DNA of 64,000 bases from an uncultured virus (IMG/VR IMGVR_UViG_3300025070_000011) (lineage: Duplodnaviria; Heunggongvirae; Uroviricota; Caudoviricetes): IMG/VR virus record IMGVR_UViG_3300025070_000011; one strand, 5' to 3'. Made by a program: the position numbers and the translations under genes. Below, piece by piece: positions 1-10,653 of the stretch (its first letter is position 1; each line of letters opens with the position of its first letter). A model generated the notes under the pieces. It saw only the letters and a program-made list of their open reading frames with translations, searched no databases and was not told the origin of the DNA.

Positions 1-23
1 CTATAGATGGTGGAACATTTTAA
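1..23 (+). CDS. 3' end of upstream structural gene (partial, ...IDGGTF*)
   Basis: ATAGATGGTGGAACATTTTAA reads IDGGTF-stop, the same C-terminal signature as the next gene (IDGGTY). Confidence 0.4.
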
Positions 24-61
24 AAAAAATAAAAACATAAAAACTCTAGGGAGAAAGTTAA

Positions 62-1609
62 ATGTCAACAACAATTCAGATTAAAAGGTCAACGGGCAGC
101 GCCGCTCCAGCTACCAGCGACTTGCTCAACGGTGAAATGGCTTATGCACAAGATACCTCTAATGATGGTGCTTCTGCAAAATTATATATGGAGTCGGTTG
201 ATAGTGGTTCTAACGCAGTTATTCACACCATCGGTGGTAAGTACTACACCGATGAGGTAGATGGCGCCACTAATGCTAACACCGCATCTAAAATTGTAAA
301 GAGAGATGGTTCTGGTAACTTCTCTGCTGGTACAATTACTGCTGCACTCACAGGCAACGTAACTGGTAATGTCACTGGTACAGTTAGTGATGTTAGTAAC
401 CACGATACAGATGACATCTCTGAAGGTTCAACCAACCTTTACCACACTACTGCTAGAGCAAGAGCTGCTATATCTGCTAGTGGTGATATTTCATACAACT
501 CTACTACTGGTGTAATTTCATTTACAAACGATGCCGGTGACATTGAGTCTGTTGTCGCTGGTTCCGGTCTAACTGGTGGTGGAACATCTGGTGATGTCAC
601 TCTGAATGTTGGTGCTGGTACTGGTGTTACAGTTGCCGCTGATGCGATTAGTATTGGTCAGGACGTTGCTACGAACGCTAGTGTCACCTTTGCGGGTATT
701 ACTGGTCCACTTACGGGCAACGTAACAGGTGACGTTACTGGTGATATTACTGGTGACGTAACAGGTAATGCTGATACTGCTACTGCTCTCGCAACTGCTC
801 GCACAGTTGGTATGACAGGAGATGTCTCATGGACTTCTGCTGCCTTTGATGGTTCAGCAGCAGTAAGTGGAACCTCTACTCTCGCAACAGTAAACAGTAA
901 CGTAGGTTCTTTCGGTTCTACAACGGCTGTTCCCGTTATTACAGTCAACGCTAAGGGTCTTGTAACTGCTGTTTCAACACAGTCTATTGCAACTTCTTTT
1001 GATGTTGCCGCTGACAGTGGAAGTACTGACACGGTTGCTGGTGGTGAAACACTTACATTCGCTGGTACAACAAATGAGATCGAAACTGCGGTTTCTAATA
1101 ACCAGATCACTATCGGTCTGCCAGATGATGTAACAATCGCTGGTAACCTTACTGTAAACGGAACAACAACTACTGTTGCCACAACAAACTTGGAAGTGAC
1201 CGACCCATTGTTCTCAATTGGTTCTGGTAACGGTGCTTCTGACTCTGTTGACCTTGGTTTCTATGGTCTGTATGACACATCTGGTTCGCTAGACCTGTAC
1301 TCTGGTCTATTCCGTGATGCATCTGACAGTGGTAAGTGGAAGTTGTTTAAAGACCTACAATCAGCTCCGACCACTACCGTCAATACGGGTGGAACTGGAT
1401 ACACAGTGGGTACTCTTGTTGCAAACCTTGAAGGTAATGTAACAGGTAACGTAACTGGTACTGTTTCTAGTATTTCTAACTTTGACACGGATGATCTCAG
1501 TGAAGGATCAACTAACCTGTACTACACAGATACAAGAGTCGGTACTTTCTTGGCTGGTGGTACTTCAAAAACTATTGCTAATGCTACCATCGATGGTGGT
1601 ACTTACTAA
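62..1609 (+). CDS. tail fibre / virion structural protein (G/T/S-rich)
   Basis: IQIKRS..AP..L..GE.A fibre-type N-terminus, GNVTG repeats, duplicated DTDD.SEGSTNLY motif; GGAG SD upstream. Confidence 0.75.
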   Translation: MSTTIQIKRSTGSAAPATSDLLNGEMAYAQDTSNDGASAKLYMESVDSGSNAVIHTIGGKYYTDEVDGATNANTASKIVKRDGSGNFSAGTITAALTGNVTGNVTGTVSDVSNHDTDDISEGSTNLYHTTARARAAISASGDISYNSTTGVISFTNDAGDIESVVAGSGLTGGGTSGDVTLNVGAGTGVTVAADAISIGQDVATNASVTFAGITGPLTGNVTGDVTGDITGDVTGNADTATALATARTVGMTGDVSWTSAAFDGSAAVSGTSTLATVNSNVGSFGSTTAVPVITVNAKGLVTAVSTQSIATSFDVAADSGSTDTVAGGETLTFAGTTNEIETAVSNNQITIGLPDDVTIAGNLTVNGTTTTVATTNLEVTDPLFSIGSGNGASDSVDLGFYGLYDTSGSLDLYSGLFRDASDSGKWKLFKDLQSAPTTTVNTGGTGYTVGTLVANLEGNVTGNVTGTVSSISNFDTDDLSEGSTNLYYTDTRVGTFLAGGTSKTIANATIDGGTY

Positions 1610-1619
1610 ATAGTTTACT

Positions 1620-1645
1620 GAGGGGGGATACGTCCCCCCGTTTTA
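1620..1645 (+). terminator. putative intrinsic terminator
   Basis: GGGGGGA-TACG-TCCCCCC hairpin followed by GTTTT. Confidence 0.6.
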
Positions 1646-1659
1646 ATATGGAGAATATT

Positions 1660-1836
1660 ATGGACGAAGAATTTTTGCAACTTTATGTGAATAAGTTGAC
1701 CAGCAAAATTAACGAATTGACCCAAGAGAATTTACTTCTCAAAGCTCACTTGGAGAATGCAAACGCAAAACTACAAGATTCAGCTACAGAAATGCCTGGG
1801 TTGTCCGAGCCGGAAGAGAAAAAAGAAAAGAAGTAA
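1660..1836 (+). CDS. small coiled-coil hypothetical protein
   Basis: ORF with GGAG SD before ATG 1660; heptad-like sequence. Confidence 0.65.
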   Translation: MDEEFLQLYVNKLTSKINELTQENLLLKAHLENANAKLQDSATEMPGLSEPEEKKEKK

Positions 1837-2790
1837 ATGACGAATATCATCAAGCCAAAAAGAAGTGAATCAAGTGGAGCTCCTACTGCCAGTGATTTAG
1901 CTGTTGGGGAACTTGCCATAAACCTAGCGGATGGTACTATCCATTCTAAAAAGGTTGATGGTACGGTTGTCTCTCTTGGTTCATCTTCTTCCTCAGCTGG
2001 GAGTATTACATTTGCTTCTGCAAACGATACTCAGGATTTTGGTGATTTAACTACTTTTAGTCATACTGGCGATCTGGGGTCCATTGCAGAAACAGAAAAC
2101 AATGGACTCACCCCAACAGATTTGGGTCTGTTGCATTACGACGAAATCTTTAGAAGTCTCACAGTCAATATTTCCCTTACTGCAATGGGATTGACGTATC
2201 CCACTTCAGACGGTTCTGCTGGCCAGTTTTTAAAGACGGATGGCAGTGGTACGCTTTCTTTTGCCACTGTCTCAACAGATTTGGTGAGTGATACTACTCC
2301 GCAACTTGGGGGCGATCTAGATTTAAACTCAAACGATATTACTGGAACGGGTAATATTGACATTACGGGAAACACTGGTCTCACTGGCACTACAACACAG
2401 GGCGCGACTGACTTCTACACCAAACAATATGTTCTGTACGGCACAACAACAGATGCCACTGAGACAGAAGTATTGATAGGAGGTTCAACTAGAATTTCTG
2501 TACCCTCAAACACAACAATGTTTTATGAAGTAAATATTGTTTCTAGAAGGACAGACGCAACAGGAGAGTCTGGTGCGTGGCACTTGAAGGGTTGTGCAGA
2601 CAACTTCTCTGGTACTGTCGCTGACGTAGGTGATGTTTACGAAATTGCTGTCGCTCAGGATGATGTAAACATGTCCGTCGATGTTAGGGCAGATGACACA
2701 AACGATGCAATCAATGTGTTTGTAACTGGTGTCGCTAGTAAGACGATTCGATGGACTGCAATTGTCAAGACGATAGAGGTTGCACAATAA
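1837..2790 (+). CDS. tail fibre-like structural protein
   Basis: IKPKRS...PTASDLAVGELAINLADG N-terminus; DGSAGQFLKTDGSGTLSF and DTTPQLGGDLDLN fibre motifs. Confidence 0.75.
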   Translation: MTNIIKPKRSESSGAPTASDLAVGELAINLADGTIHSKKVDGTVVSLGSSSSSAGSITFASANDTQDFGDLTTFSHTGDLGSIAETENNGLTPTDLGLLHYDEIFRSLTVNISLTAMGLTYPTSDGSAGQFLKTDGSGTLSFATVSTDLVSDTTPQLGGDLDLNSNDITGTGNIDITGNTGLTGTTTQGATDFYTKQYVLYGTTTDATETEVLIGGSTRISVPSNTTMFYEVNIVSRRTDATGESGAWHLKGCADNFSGTVADVGDVYEIAVAQDDVNMSVDVRADDTNDAINVFVTGVASKTIRWTAIVKTIEVAQ

Positions 2791-4361
2791 TGGCTCGTAG
2801 AAACAGAAAGTTTTTCTTTGATAACGTCAGAGGAAAACTCTTAAAAAATACAAACAAAGGTGTCAAAGATTCTGCCGATGAAGGACTCAAAGTAAGTGGA
2901 TTTGCCAACACCGCAGTTATTCATAGTACAGATTCTTTTTCAGACGTAAACACGAAGTTTATGACTGCGGCGGCGATTGATGATAGAATCGGCACACGGA
3001 CAAGCGATCTAGTAGACTCTGCGCCTTCAACTTTAAACACGCTCAATGAACTTGCCGCGGCGCTCGGAGACGATGCTAGTTTTTCTACGACAACTGCAAC
3101 ATCTCTTGGTAATCGATTACGCATTGATGTAGACGATCAGTCCTTAACCTCAGCGCAAAAGACAAATGCAGTGACCAATCTGGGTCTTGCTACTGTTGCA
3201 TCAAGTGGTGCATACAGTGACCTCACTGGTACACCTACTATCCCAACGAACAACAACGAATTGACTAACGGTGCATCATACATCACAGGGTACACTGTAA
3301 CCGAATCTGATGTCACTGGTCATCAAGCCGCGCTCTCAATTACTGAGTCACAGATCAGTGACTTGGGATCGTATTCTACATTCAGTGGCGCGTATGCCGA
3401 CCTAACAGGTAAACCTACATTATTCTCTGGTGCTTATGCTGATCTAACTGGCAAACCTACTATCCCAACGAACAATAATCAATTGACGAATGGTGCTGGA
3501 TACATTACTTCTGCTGATGGAGGTAATGCTGACAACTTAGACGGATATACATGGGACACTTCTGGTAAAAATGTAAGGGCATCCGAATCTTATTCTGACG
3601 GCTGGTTCCGCAATTATAATAGTGGAAAAGGTCTATACAATCAGGCAACTACTCAGCATTTTTATTCTGATAACGACGATGGATGGACGATTGCTGGTGG
3701 TACGGGCGCTAACTGGTTAAAACTGTGTGCTGAATACGAGGGTTCAGTGCAGGGTTGGTTTTATGCTGATAATGATTACCAAGGATTTTTAAATCACGCA
3801 GGACAGTGGCAATTAAGAATACGAGCAGACGATGGATATTCACCTAGTTTATATTTTCTTGAGGAAAGCAATGAGAGTTGGAGTGGGAATCCTGGATCAA
3901 ATCAAGGAAAAATTGAGTATCATTCAAATCGTTTTTATATTGCATCTGGGTCTAATTCCACTGAAGTTTTGAGATTAAGACGGAGCGGTGATGATGTTGC
4001 CGCGTTCGCCAATGACGGCAGCCTAAGATGTCAAGGAAATATTACAGCCTACTCTGACCCATCAGATATTAAACTAAAAGAAAATATAACTAATATCCCC
4101 AACTCTCTTGATAAAGTAAAGTCTCTAAACGGAGTGCAATTTACATACAAGAAGGATGGGGGTAAGTCTAGTGGTGTTATTGCACAAGAAGTTGAAGCGG
4201 TGCTGCCGGAGCTTGTTTATGAGAGTAAAGACCTAGATACCGACGAAGCATTTAAAGTCGTGAGGTATGGAAACATGGTAGGACTATTAATTGAAGCAAT
4301 CAAAGAGCAACAAGAACAAATTGAAGAATTGAAGGAGATGATCGGTGGCTCTTCAGAGTAG
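2790..4361 (+). CDS. tail fibre with C-terminal intramolecular chaperone (peptidase S74-like) domain
   Basis: APSTLNTLNELAAAL motif, SGAYADLTGKPT repeats, SDIKLKENI...GVIAQEVE...YGNMVGLLIEAIKE chaperone domain; TAATG-coupled start at 2790. Confidence 0.85.
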   Translation: MARRNRKFFFDNVRGKLLKNTNKGVKDSADEGLKVSGFANTAVIHSTDSFSDVNTKFMTAAAIDDRIGTRTSDLVDSAPSTLNTLNELAAALGDDASFSTTTATSLGNRLRIDVDDQSLTSAQKTNAVTNLGLATVASSGAYSDLTGTPTIPTNNNELTNGASYITGYTVTESDVTGHQAALSITESQISDLGSYSTFSGAYADLTGKPTLFSGAYADLTGKPTIPTNNNQLTNGAGYITSADGGNADNLDGYTWDTSGKNVRASESYSDGWFRNYNSGKGLYNQATTQHFYSDNDDGWTIAGGTGANWLKLCAEYEGSVQGWFYADNDYQGFLNHAGQWQLRIRADDGYSPSLYFLEESNESWSGNPGSNQGKIEYHSNRFYIASGSNSTEVLRLRRSGDDVAAFANDGSLRCQGNITAYSDPSDIKLKENITNIPNSLDKVKSLNGVQFTYKKDGGKSSGVIAQEVEAVLPELVYESKDLDTDEAFKVVRYGNMVGLLIEAIKEQQEQIEELKEMIGGSSE

Positions 4362-4869
4362 TGGAACAATCAGTCTCAACGATATACACATTGAAGCTGG
4401 GGGATCATCAGGTACACTTTGTAGCATCAACGACTCAGATATTCGTGGACTTATAGGAAAATCGTCGGGTGCGGCATCCTCGTTTAGCAACTTCTATGGT
4501 GCATCTGCTGTTTCTGTAAGTGTGTCTAGATCAAGTTGGTATAACACTGGATCAGGAACAAGCAGTAGTAAGTGGACAGGATACTCACAGAACAAATCAC
4601 ACAATTCTCAGGCAAATATTTATTTTAATGTTTCTGGAGGCACTGCTACGTTTAATGTGAACGCTGTAATAAGTAGTGAACGAAACTATGACTTTGGATA
4701 TGTTTATAACGGAGGATCACAGTTGTGGCGTCAGTCTGGTAGTGGTTATAGTTACAACAACAGCAGTTTATCGATTGGAGCAGGGTCGTACTTACGTTTA
4801 AGATATACTAAAGACTACAGTGTTTCTAGTTATGGAGACGATTTGACACATACAGTATATTGGTCATAG
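4345..4869 (+). CDS. putative distal fibre / adhesin protein
   Basis: MALQSSGTISLNDI N-terminus typical of fibre-tip proteins that follow S74 fibres; S/G/Y-rich C-terminal domain; GTG start. Confidence 0.55.
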   Translation: MALQSSGTISLNDIHIEAGGSSGTLCSINDSDIRGLIGKSSGAASSFSNFYGASAVSVSVSRSSWYNTGSGTSSSKWTGYSQNKSHNSQANIYFNVSGGTATFNVNAVISSERNYDFGYVYNGGSQLWRQSGSGYSYNNSSLSIGAGSYLRLRYTKDYSVSSYGDDLTHTVYWS

Positions 4870-4877
4870 GTAAAAAA

Positions 4878-5339
4878 ATGAATTATTCTTACGAAATCTT
4901 AAAAGCAGAACCCAAACACAAGTTCCTCAGTGTTAGATATTTCGCTGAAGGAAAGGATGATTTTTTCAAAAACTTCAATCCAGAAAATTGGGAAGCAGAA
5001 GCGATTACTGGTTTAATTGAAGATCACGCTCAGTTTGTCGTTGCACACTGGGACTATCAAGAAACTGCTACTGAAACTAGTCCCCTGTCTGTGGGTGATA
5101 TCGGCACATCAAGTGCGACCGCTTGGACTCCCCCTCCTCCGCCTGGGTTTGATGACCCTACACAAGAAGAGATGGTTAGACAGGAAAGAAACTATCTATT
5201 GAGAGAAACTGATTGGATGATGTTTTCTGATACAGACTCTCCTTCTCAGGCCTGGTTAGATTACCGCCAAGCATTACGAGACATTCCAGAACAGTCTGGG
5301 TTTCCAACGTCGGTCACTTGGCCCACCAAACCCGCATAA
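4878..5339 (+). CDS. tail fibre assembly chaperone
   Basis: C-terminal RQERNYLLRETDW...YRQALRDIPEQSGFP...WPTKP motif of phage tail assembly chaperones. Confidence 0.8.
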   Translation: MNYSYEILKAEPKHKFLSVRYFAEGKDDFFKNFNPENWEAEAITGLIEDHAQFVVAHWDYQETATETSPLSVGDIGTSSATAWTPPPPPGFDDPTQEEMVRQERNYLLRETDWMMFSDTDSPSQAWLDYRQALRDIPEQSGFPTSVTWPTKPA

Positions 5340-5340
5340 T

Positions 5341-5348
5341 TATAAATA
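5341..5348 (+). promoter_or_regulatory. T4-type late promoter TATAAATA
   Basis: Exact TATAAATA in intergenic DNA; gp55 is encoded in the window. Confidence 0.75.
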
Positions 5349-5382
5349 GGTAGTAAATTGAATCTTTATAAAGAGATAGAAT

Positions 5383-5814
5383 ATGCCTACTAAACTACAA
5401 CTTAGACGGGGCACCACTACTGAACACAACAGTTTTACTGGAGCTGCTGGGGAAGTAACATTTGATACCACCCTTGATACCATCAGAGTACACGATGGTA
5501 GTACGGCGGGTGGTATTCGTCTAGCAAAACATTCAGAAGTAACTCTTGAAGACGTTGTTGGTGGTGCTGGTCTTACTGAGTCTGGAAGTACAACCGTTAC
5601 TCTTGCTGTTGGTGCAGGAACAGGCATCACAGTCAACGCAGATGATATTGCGGTAGATACTGCAACCATCTTTGCCTCTGCCGCTTTAACTGGTACGCCG
5701 ACTGCTCCTACCGCGTCTACGGGAACCGATACAACACAGATTGCAACTACCGCATTTGTTCAACAAGAAATTACTGCGTTGAAGGCACTGTTGTACGCAT
5801 ACGAACAATCTTAA
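5383..5814 (+). CDS. virion structural protein with Mtd-N-like fibre N-terminal domain
   Basis: LQLRRGTT..H..FTGA.GE.T.DT....IRVHDG.T.GG motif; LTGTPTAPT..TQIATTAFV fibre motif. Confidence 0.65.
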   Translation: MPTKLQLRRGTTTEHNSFTGAAGEVTFDTTLDTIRVHDGSTAGGIRLAKHSEVTLEDVVGGAGLTESGSTTVTLAVGAGTGITVNADDIAVDTATIFASAALTGTPTAPTASTGTDTTQIATTAFVQQEITALKALLYAYEQS

Positions 5815-5826
5815 TAGGAGACACTA

Positions 5827-6789
5827 ATGGCATTGTCTAGCAGACAAGAACTGATTGATTACTGTCTCAGGCGACTTGGGTTTCCTGTAATTGAAATCAA
5901 CGTCGATGAAGACCAAGTATCCGATAGAATAGACGATGCGTTTCAATTTTGGACAGACTATCACTTTGATGGTTCGGAAAGAACTTACTTTAAGAAGGCG
6001 CTAACAGGTTCTACAGTAAACCTTCAAGCCTCGCTGGCAAGCAACTTTCATATCGGTGAAACCATCACTGGGAATACTTCTGGAACAACAGCTATAGTAA
6101 AAGAATTGGACGGTAATAACATCTCCGTAGAGAAGTCCAAGGGAACTTGGGAAGCCAGCGAAAGTATCACTGGTGGAAATTCTGGTTACACTGCAACACT
6201 TTCTACTACACCTTACACAAAGGGCGACATTGAAAATGGTTATGTCGAAGTAGGAAATAACATCTTGAACATCACAAAGTTGTTTAAGTTTGGAAAGTTG
6301 TTGGGAGGCACTAAGTCTGATGGATTATTTGATATAGACTATCAGTTTGCATTAAACGATATGTACAACCTGATGTCGGCGGATGTCACATATTACGCCA
6401 TGACAAAAACTCATCTGTCAACTCTTGAACAACTGTTCCGAAACGAAAGACAAATAAGATGGAACAGAAAAACAAATAGATTGCACATTGACGCTGATTT
6501 GTCAGAGACATATGATATCGGCGACTTTATTGTTGCAGAAGGATACGCTGTGCTAGACCCAGCGCAATTTACGGAAGTTTATGATGATATGTTTCTCAAG
6601 AGGTACTCCACTGCTCTTATCAAAAGACAGTGGGGGGAGAACATGAAAAAGTTTCAAGGCATTCAAATGCCTGGTGGCGTAACTCTCAACGGAGAAACGA
6701 TATACCAAGAAGCCATACAGGAGATTGCACAGATAGAAGAAGAAATGCAACTCAAGTACGAACTTCCCCCGACACTTATGGTGGGGTAA
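5827..6789 (+). CDS. gp13: neck protein gp13
   Basis: SRQELIDYCLRRLG.PVIEINVDEDQ and QWGENMKKF.G..MPGGVTLNG motifs; position before gp14. Confidence 0.92.
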   Translation: MALSSRQELIDYCLRRLGFPVIEINVDEDQVSDRIDDAFQFWTDYHFDGSERTYFKKALTGSTVNLQASLASNFHIGETITGNTSGTTAIVKELDGNNISVEKSKGTWEASESITGGNSGYTATLSTTPYTKGDIENGYVEVGNNILNITKLFKFGKLLGGTKSDGLFDIDYQFALNDMYNLMSADVTYYAMTKTHLSTLEQLFRNERQIRWNRKTNRLHIDADLSETYDIGDFIVAEGYAVLDPAQFTEVYDDMFLKRYSTALIKRQWGENMKKFQGIQMPGGVTLNGETIYQEAIQEIAQIEEEMQLKYELPPTLMVG

Positions 6790-6792
6790 CTA

Positions 6793-7536
6793 ATGCCCAC
6801 TAACTTTTATTTTCAGTCCGGTAACACAATGGGTACGACCAACGAACAAAGGTTGGTCGAGGACTTGGTTATTGAGAGCCTGAGAATATATGGACATGAT
6901 GTTTACTATCTCCCAAGAACAGTAGTGAACAGAGACACGATATTTGACGAAGATTCTTTGTCTCAGTTTACTCAAGCGTATCCCCTAGAAATGTATTTGG
7001 AAAACGTTGATGGTTTTGAGGGAGAGGGTGATCTTTTTTCCAAATTTGGTATTGAGATAAGAGACTCGGCAAACTTCATCCTATCAAAGAGAAGATGGGA
7101 ACAGATGGTTGATAGTACTGGTGGCCAGTTTCAGTTGGATGCTCGACCGGCCGAAGGTGATCTGTTGTATTTTGAAAAGACGGGTTCTATCTTTGAAATA
7201 AAGTTTGTAGAGTTTCAAAACCCCTTCTATCAACTAGGAAAGATTTACGTCTTTAAATTGCAATGCGAACTCTTTGAGTACTCTTCAGAAAGTTTCGATA
7301 CTGGTCTTGATGATCTTGACGGTGTTGTTTCTGACTTCAGTCTTGATGCATTGAGATTCCAATTTCAGACAGAGAGTGGCGATCTATTGTTGCAAGAGGA
7401 CGATGGATGTCTTATCTTGGAGGACTTCACTGCACAAAGAGGTCTCATCAACAGTGACAATGACGATCTGGATGTGTTCCAAGAACAAGAGGGAATACTT
7501 GACTTTAGTGAAGTCAATCCCTTTGGGGAAATCTGA
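6793..7536 (+). CDS. gp14: neck protein gp14
   Basis: EQRLVEDLVIES...G.DVYYLPR, RPAEGDLLY, PFYQLGK.YV..L.CELFEYS motifs. Confidence 0.92.
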   Translation: MPTNFYFQSGNTMGTTNEQRLVEDLVIESLRIYGHDVYYLPRTVVNRDTIFDEDSLSQFTQAYPLEMYLENVDGFEGEGDLFSKFGIEIRDSANFILSKRRWEQMVDSTGGQFQLDARPAEGDLLYFEKTGSIFEIKFVEFQNPFYQLGKIYVFKLQCELFEYSSESFDTGLDDLDGVVSDFSLDALRFQFQTESGDLLLQEDDGCLILEDFTAQRGLINSDNDDLDVFQEQEGILDFSEVNPFGEI

Positions 7537-8537
7537 TGTTTAAGAATCAACAATTTTATAATCAACATACAAAAAAAGCAATCGTAGCTTTTGGTACAAT
7601 CTTCAATAACATTCAGATCAATAGAGTGAATTCTGCCGGAGAAGTAGCCCAGAGTGTTCGTGTACCACTAGCATACTCCCCAAAACAAAAGTTTTTATCT
7701 CGTATAGCGCAAGTCCCAGACACCACTACTAGAGGCGAGGTTGCAATTACATTGCCTAGAATGGGGTTTGAGATTCTTGGTTTTAACTTTGACCCTCTCA
7801 GAAAATTATCACCGATTCAGAAAAACATTTCTGTCGGTACTGGAGATGACGCCAATACATTCAGAAAAACTTTTGTATCAACTCCATACGATATGCAAGT
7901 TGGTCTTTATATCTTTGCAAAGAATCAAGAAGACGGTTTGCAGATCGTAGAACAGATTTTACCATACTTCAATCCCGATTTTAATGTCACGGTAAATGAT
8001 CTTCCATCTATGGGTATCAAACGCGACATCAAAATAACATTGGACAGCATCGGATTTGAAGATGAGTATGAGGGTGATTTTGCCGCGAGACAAAGTATCA
8101 TTTGGTCATTGAATTTCACAATGAAGTTAAATTACTATGGCGTTGTCGATAATCAAGGATTTATTAAGAAAGCTATTGCAAAAGTTTTTGAGAATGAGTC
8201 AATGGATGGACCCCATATTAAGAGACAACTTGAGATTGCAACCACTATTCCAACCGCAACTGCAACGATAAGCGGAGGTTCTGTCGATTCTATTACTCTC
8301 ACATATGGTGGAGAGGGATATTCTAGTAACCCACCCAATATAACTGTAGATGGCAACGCTAGGGCTCATGCAGAAATTACCAATGGCGTTGTTACAAAAA
8401 TCGTAATCGATGATGTAGGTTCTGGTTATGTGACTGCTCCAACAGTCACCTTTGAAGAACCACCGGAGTACAATGACAACCCTTACAAGCATGAACCTTA
8501 TAGGTTTATTGATGAATTTGAACAAGTATATGAATAG
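7536..8537 (+). CDS. gp15: tail terminator / sheath stabiliser gp15 with C-terminal insertion
   Basis: AFGTIFNNI, VPLAYSPKQKFL, LPRMGFE, QIVEQILPYFNP motifs. Confidence 0.92.
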   Translation: MFKNQQFYNQHTKKAIVAFGTIFNNIQINRVNSAGEVAQSVRVPLAYSPKQKFLSRIAQVPDTTTRGEVAITLPRMGFEILGFNFDPLRKLSPIQKNISVGTGDDANTFRKTFVSTPYDMQVGLYIFAKNQEDGLQIVEQILPYFNPDFNVTVNDLPSMGIKRDIKITLDSIGFEDEYEGDFAARQSIIWSLNFTMKLNYYGVVDNQGFIKKAIAKVFENESMDGPHIKRQLEIATTIPTATATISGGSVDSITLTYGGEGYSSNPPNITVDGNARAHAEITNGVVTKIVIDDVGSGYVTAPTVTFEEPPEYNDNPYKHEPYRFIDEFEQVYE

Positions 8538-8545
8538 GTGATGTG

Positions 8546-8983
8546 ATGAGCAGAAACAAAGTATTCGATGCTCTTGATAAAACATTTCAAACCGTATCAA
8601 CTGAAACGACTAAGGTGAACCCCCCAGCCGTGACAGATAATAACGATGTTGATGCAGACTTTCAAAAGGCGAGACAGGCTATGGAAAAGGCCATGTCTTA
8701 CAGTGAACAAGCCGCAGAAGGTATTTTGAATGTTGCAATGAATAGCGACAACCCCCGAGCCTACGAGGTCGCCGGTCAGATAATCAAGACGATGGGTGAA
8801 CAGGCAAAAGACATGATGGATGTCCAAGAAAAGAAACATAGGATTGATGTTAAGTCTGGTGTCGATAATAAACCAAAAATTGAAACACAGAACAATATCG
8901 TTTTTGCCGGTACTACAAGTGATATTCTTAAAGCTATTCGTGATGAAAAAGATGGGACCGTCATAGACCATGAACCAGATTGA
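8546..8983 (+). CDS. gp16: terminase small subunit gp16
   Basis: PRAYEVAGQIIK and NNIVFAGTTSDI motifs; precedes gp17. Confidence 0.9.
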   Translation: MSRNKVFDALDKTFQTVSTETTKVNPPAVTDNNDVDADFQKARQAMEKAMSYSEQAAEGILNVAMNSDNPRAYEVAGQIIKTMGEQAKDMMDVQEKKHRIDVKSGVDNKPKIETQNNIVFAGTTSDILKAIRDEKDGTVIDHEPD

Positions 8984-10598
8984 AACCTCATACCACGGCA
9001 ATCCAAATCTAAAAGCAGTTGGATACCAACACGATTTCACCAAAGAACAACTGGAAGAATTTGTCCGGTGTTCTGAAGACCCCATTTACTTCATTGAAAA
9101 TTATTGTAAGATTGTAACTCTTGATAAAGGTTTGCAACCATTTAAACTATATGATTGTCAGAAAGTGAAAGTAGATTTTATTATGAACAATCGTAAAACA
9201 ATCTTGATGGAGGGCAGACAACAAGGAAAAACAATCACCTCGGCCGCATGTATTCTGCACTATACTATTTTTCAAGATAATAAGAACGTTGCGATCATGG
9301 CGAACAAGACCGCAGCTGCCAGAGAGGTGTTGTCTCGTTATCAAATCATGTATGAGAACCTGCCTATTTGGATGCAACAGGGTGTAAAGACTTGGAACAA
9401 GGGTGACGTTGATTTAGAAAATGGATCAAGAGTTTTCACATCTGCAACCACAACATCTGGTATTCGTGGTAAGTCGGTAAACTGGTTGTACATTGATGAG
9501 GCTGCGATCATCCCAAACAACATTGCGGATGAGTTCTTTGCTTCTGTATATCCAACCATTTCTGCTGGTGAGACAACAAAGATTCTTTTGACATCAACAC
9601 CATTGGGATACAACCACTTCTGGAAATTCTGGAATGAATCGGAGAAGGGTACTAATGGGTTTGAGAATATGTTCATCCACTACACGGAGATTCCTGGCCG
9701 TGATGAGAAGTGGGCAGAAGAACAATTTAAACTTCTCGGTGAAGTAAAGTATAATCAGGAAGTTTTATGTGAATTCTTGGGATCAACAAACACTCTTATT
9801 AGTGGAAAAGCACTGGCAGTAATGTCATCAAAAGAAATTCTTTACAAGAAAGATGGGTTAGACATTTATGAAGAACCTCAAGAAAATAAATACTATGTAA
9901 TAACAACTGACACAGCGAGAGGAATCGGTGGAGATTATTCTGCTTTTGTTATCATTGATATTACAGAGATGCCTTTCAAGGTTGTCGGAAAGTTTAGAGA
10001 CAACAAGGTTTCGCCGCTCTTGTATCCAGACTTTATTGCAAGAGTGGCAAAAGATTTTAACAATGCGTATGTATTAATAGAAAATAATGATATTGGTCAA
10101 CAGGTAGTTGACATACTGCACCAAGAACTAGAGTACGAGAATATCTTTAGTACAGTGCAAGAAAAAAACAAACAATATGTATCGCCTGGTTTTGGAAAAC
10201 AAACTACTCTGGGTGTTAGAACATCAAAGGCTGTCAAAAGACAGGGGTGTTTGGCACTAAAAAGTTTGGTAGAAGAAACTAAGTTTTTAGTTTGGGATGC
10301 CGACTGTATCAATGAGTTGTCAACCTTTGTGGAAAAGGCTGGTTCTTTTTCCGCTGATGAAGGATATCATGATGATCTGGCCATGTGTATGGTCTTGTTT
10401 GCTTGGTTGTCTACACAACAATTTTTTAAAGACTTGACTGATGTGGATATTCGCGAAGGGTTGTATGACTCACAGATAAGGTACATCGAAAGAGACTTGA
10501 CTCCGTTCGGGTTTGTAGAAACAGGGCATGGAGTAGAGGCAGAAGTAATTGATGGCGACTATTGGATGTGGTCAAATGAGAAAACAGATTTATTATAA
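8970..10598 (+). CDS. gp17: terminase large subunit gp17
   Basis: GRQQGKT Walker A, YIDEAA Walker B, TSTP, D.ARG..GDYS and HDDLAM nuclease motifs. Confidence 0.97.
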   Translation: MNQIETSYHGNPNLKAVGYQHDFTKEQLEEFVRCSEDPIYFIENYCKIVTLDKGLQPFKLYDCQKVKVDFIMNNRKTILMEGRQQGKTITSAACILHYTIFQDNKNVAIMANKTAAAREVLSRYQIMYENLPIWMQQGVKTWNKGDVDLENGSRVFTSATTTSGIRGKSVNWLYIDEAAIIPNNIADEFFASVYPTISAGETTKILLTSTPLGYNHFWKFWNESEKGTNGFENMFIHYTEIPGRDEKWAEEQFKLLGEVKYNQEVLCEFLGSTNTLISGKALAVMSSKEILYKKDGLDIYEEPQENKYYVITTDTARGIGGDYSAFVIIDITEMPFKVVGKFRDNKVSPLLYPDFIARVAKDFNNAYVLIENNDIGQQVVDILHQELEYENIFSTVQEKNKQYVSPGFGKQTTLGVRTSKAVKRQGCLALKSLVEETKFLVWDADCINELSTFVEKAGSFSADEGYHDDLAMCMVLFAWLSTQQFFKDLTDVDIREGLYDSQIRYIERDLTPFGFVETGHGVEAEVIDGDYWMWSNEKTDLL

Positions 10599-10601
10599 AT
10601 A
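10594..10601 (+). promoter_or_regulatory. late promoter TATAAATA (gp18)
   Basis: Exact motif upstream of the sheath gene. Confidence 0.75.
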
Positions 10602-10653
10602 ATTCTCAGGAACACTATTTATTTAGTAAAATAAAAACACGAAGGAGAACAAC

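Noticed and set aside
3200..3510. Direct nucleotide repeats (e.g. CCTACTATCCCAACGAACAA twice) as a possible CRISPR or array
   Set aside because: In-frame coding repeats of a tail fibre (SGAYADLTGKPT, IPTNNN.LTNGA); no repeat-spacer structure
5383..5814. Mtd-N-like domain suggesting a diversity-generating retroelement
   Set aside because: No reverse transcriptase or TR/VR repeat pair seen in the window; the domain is a generic fibre N-terminus
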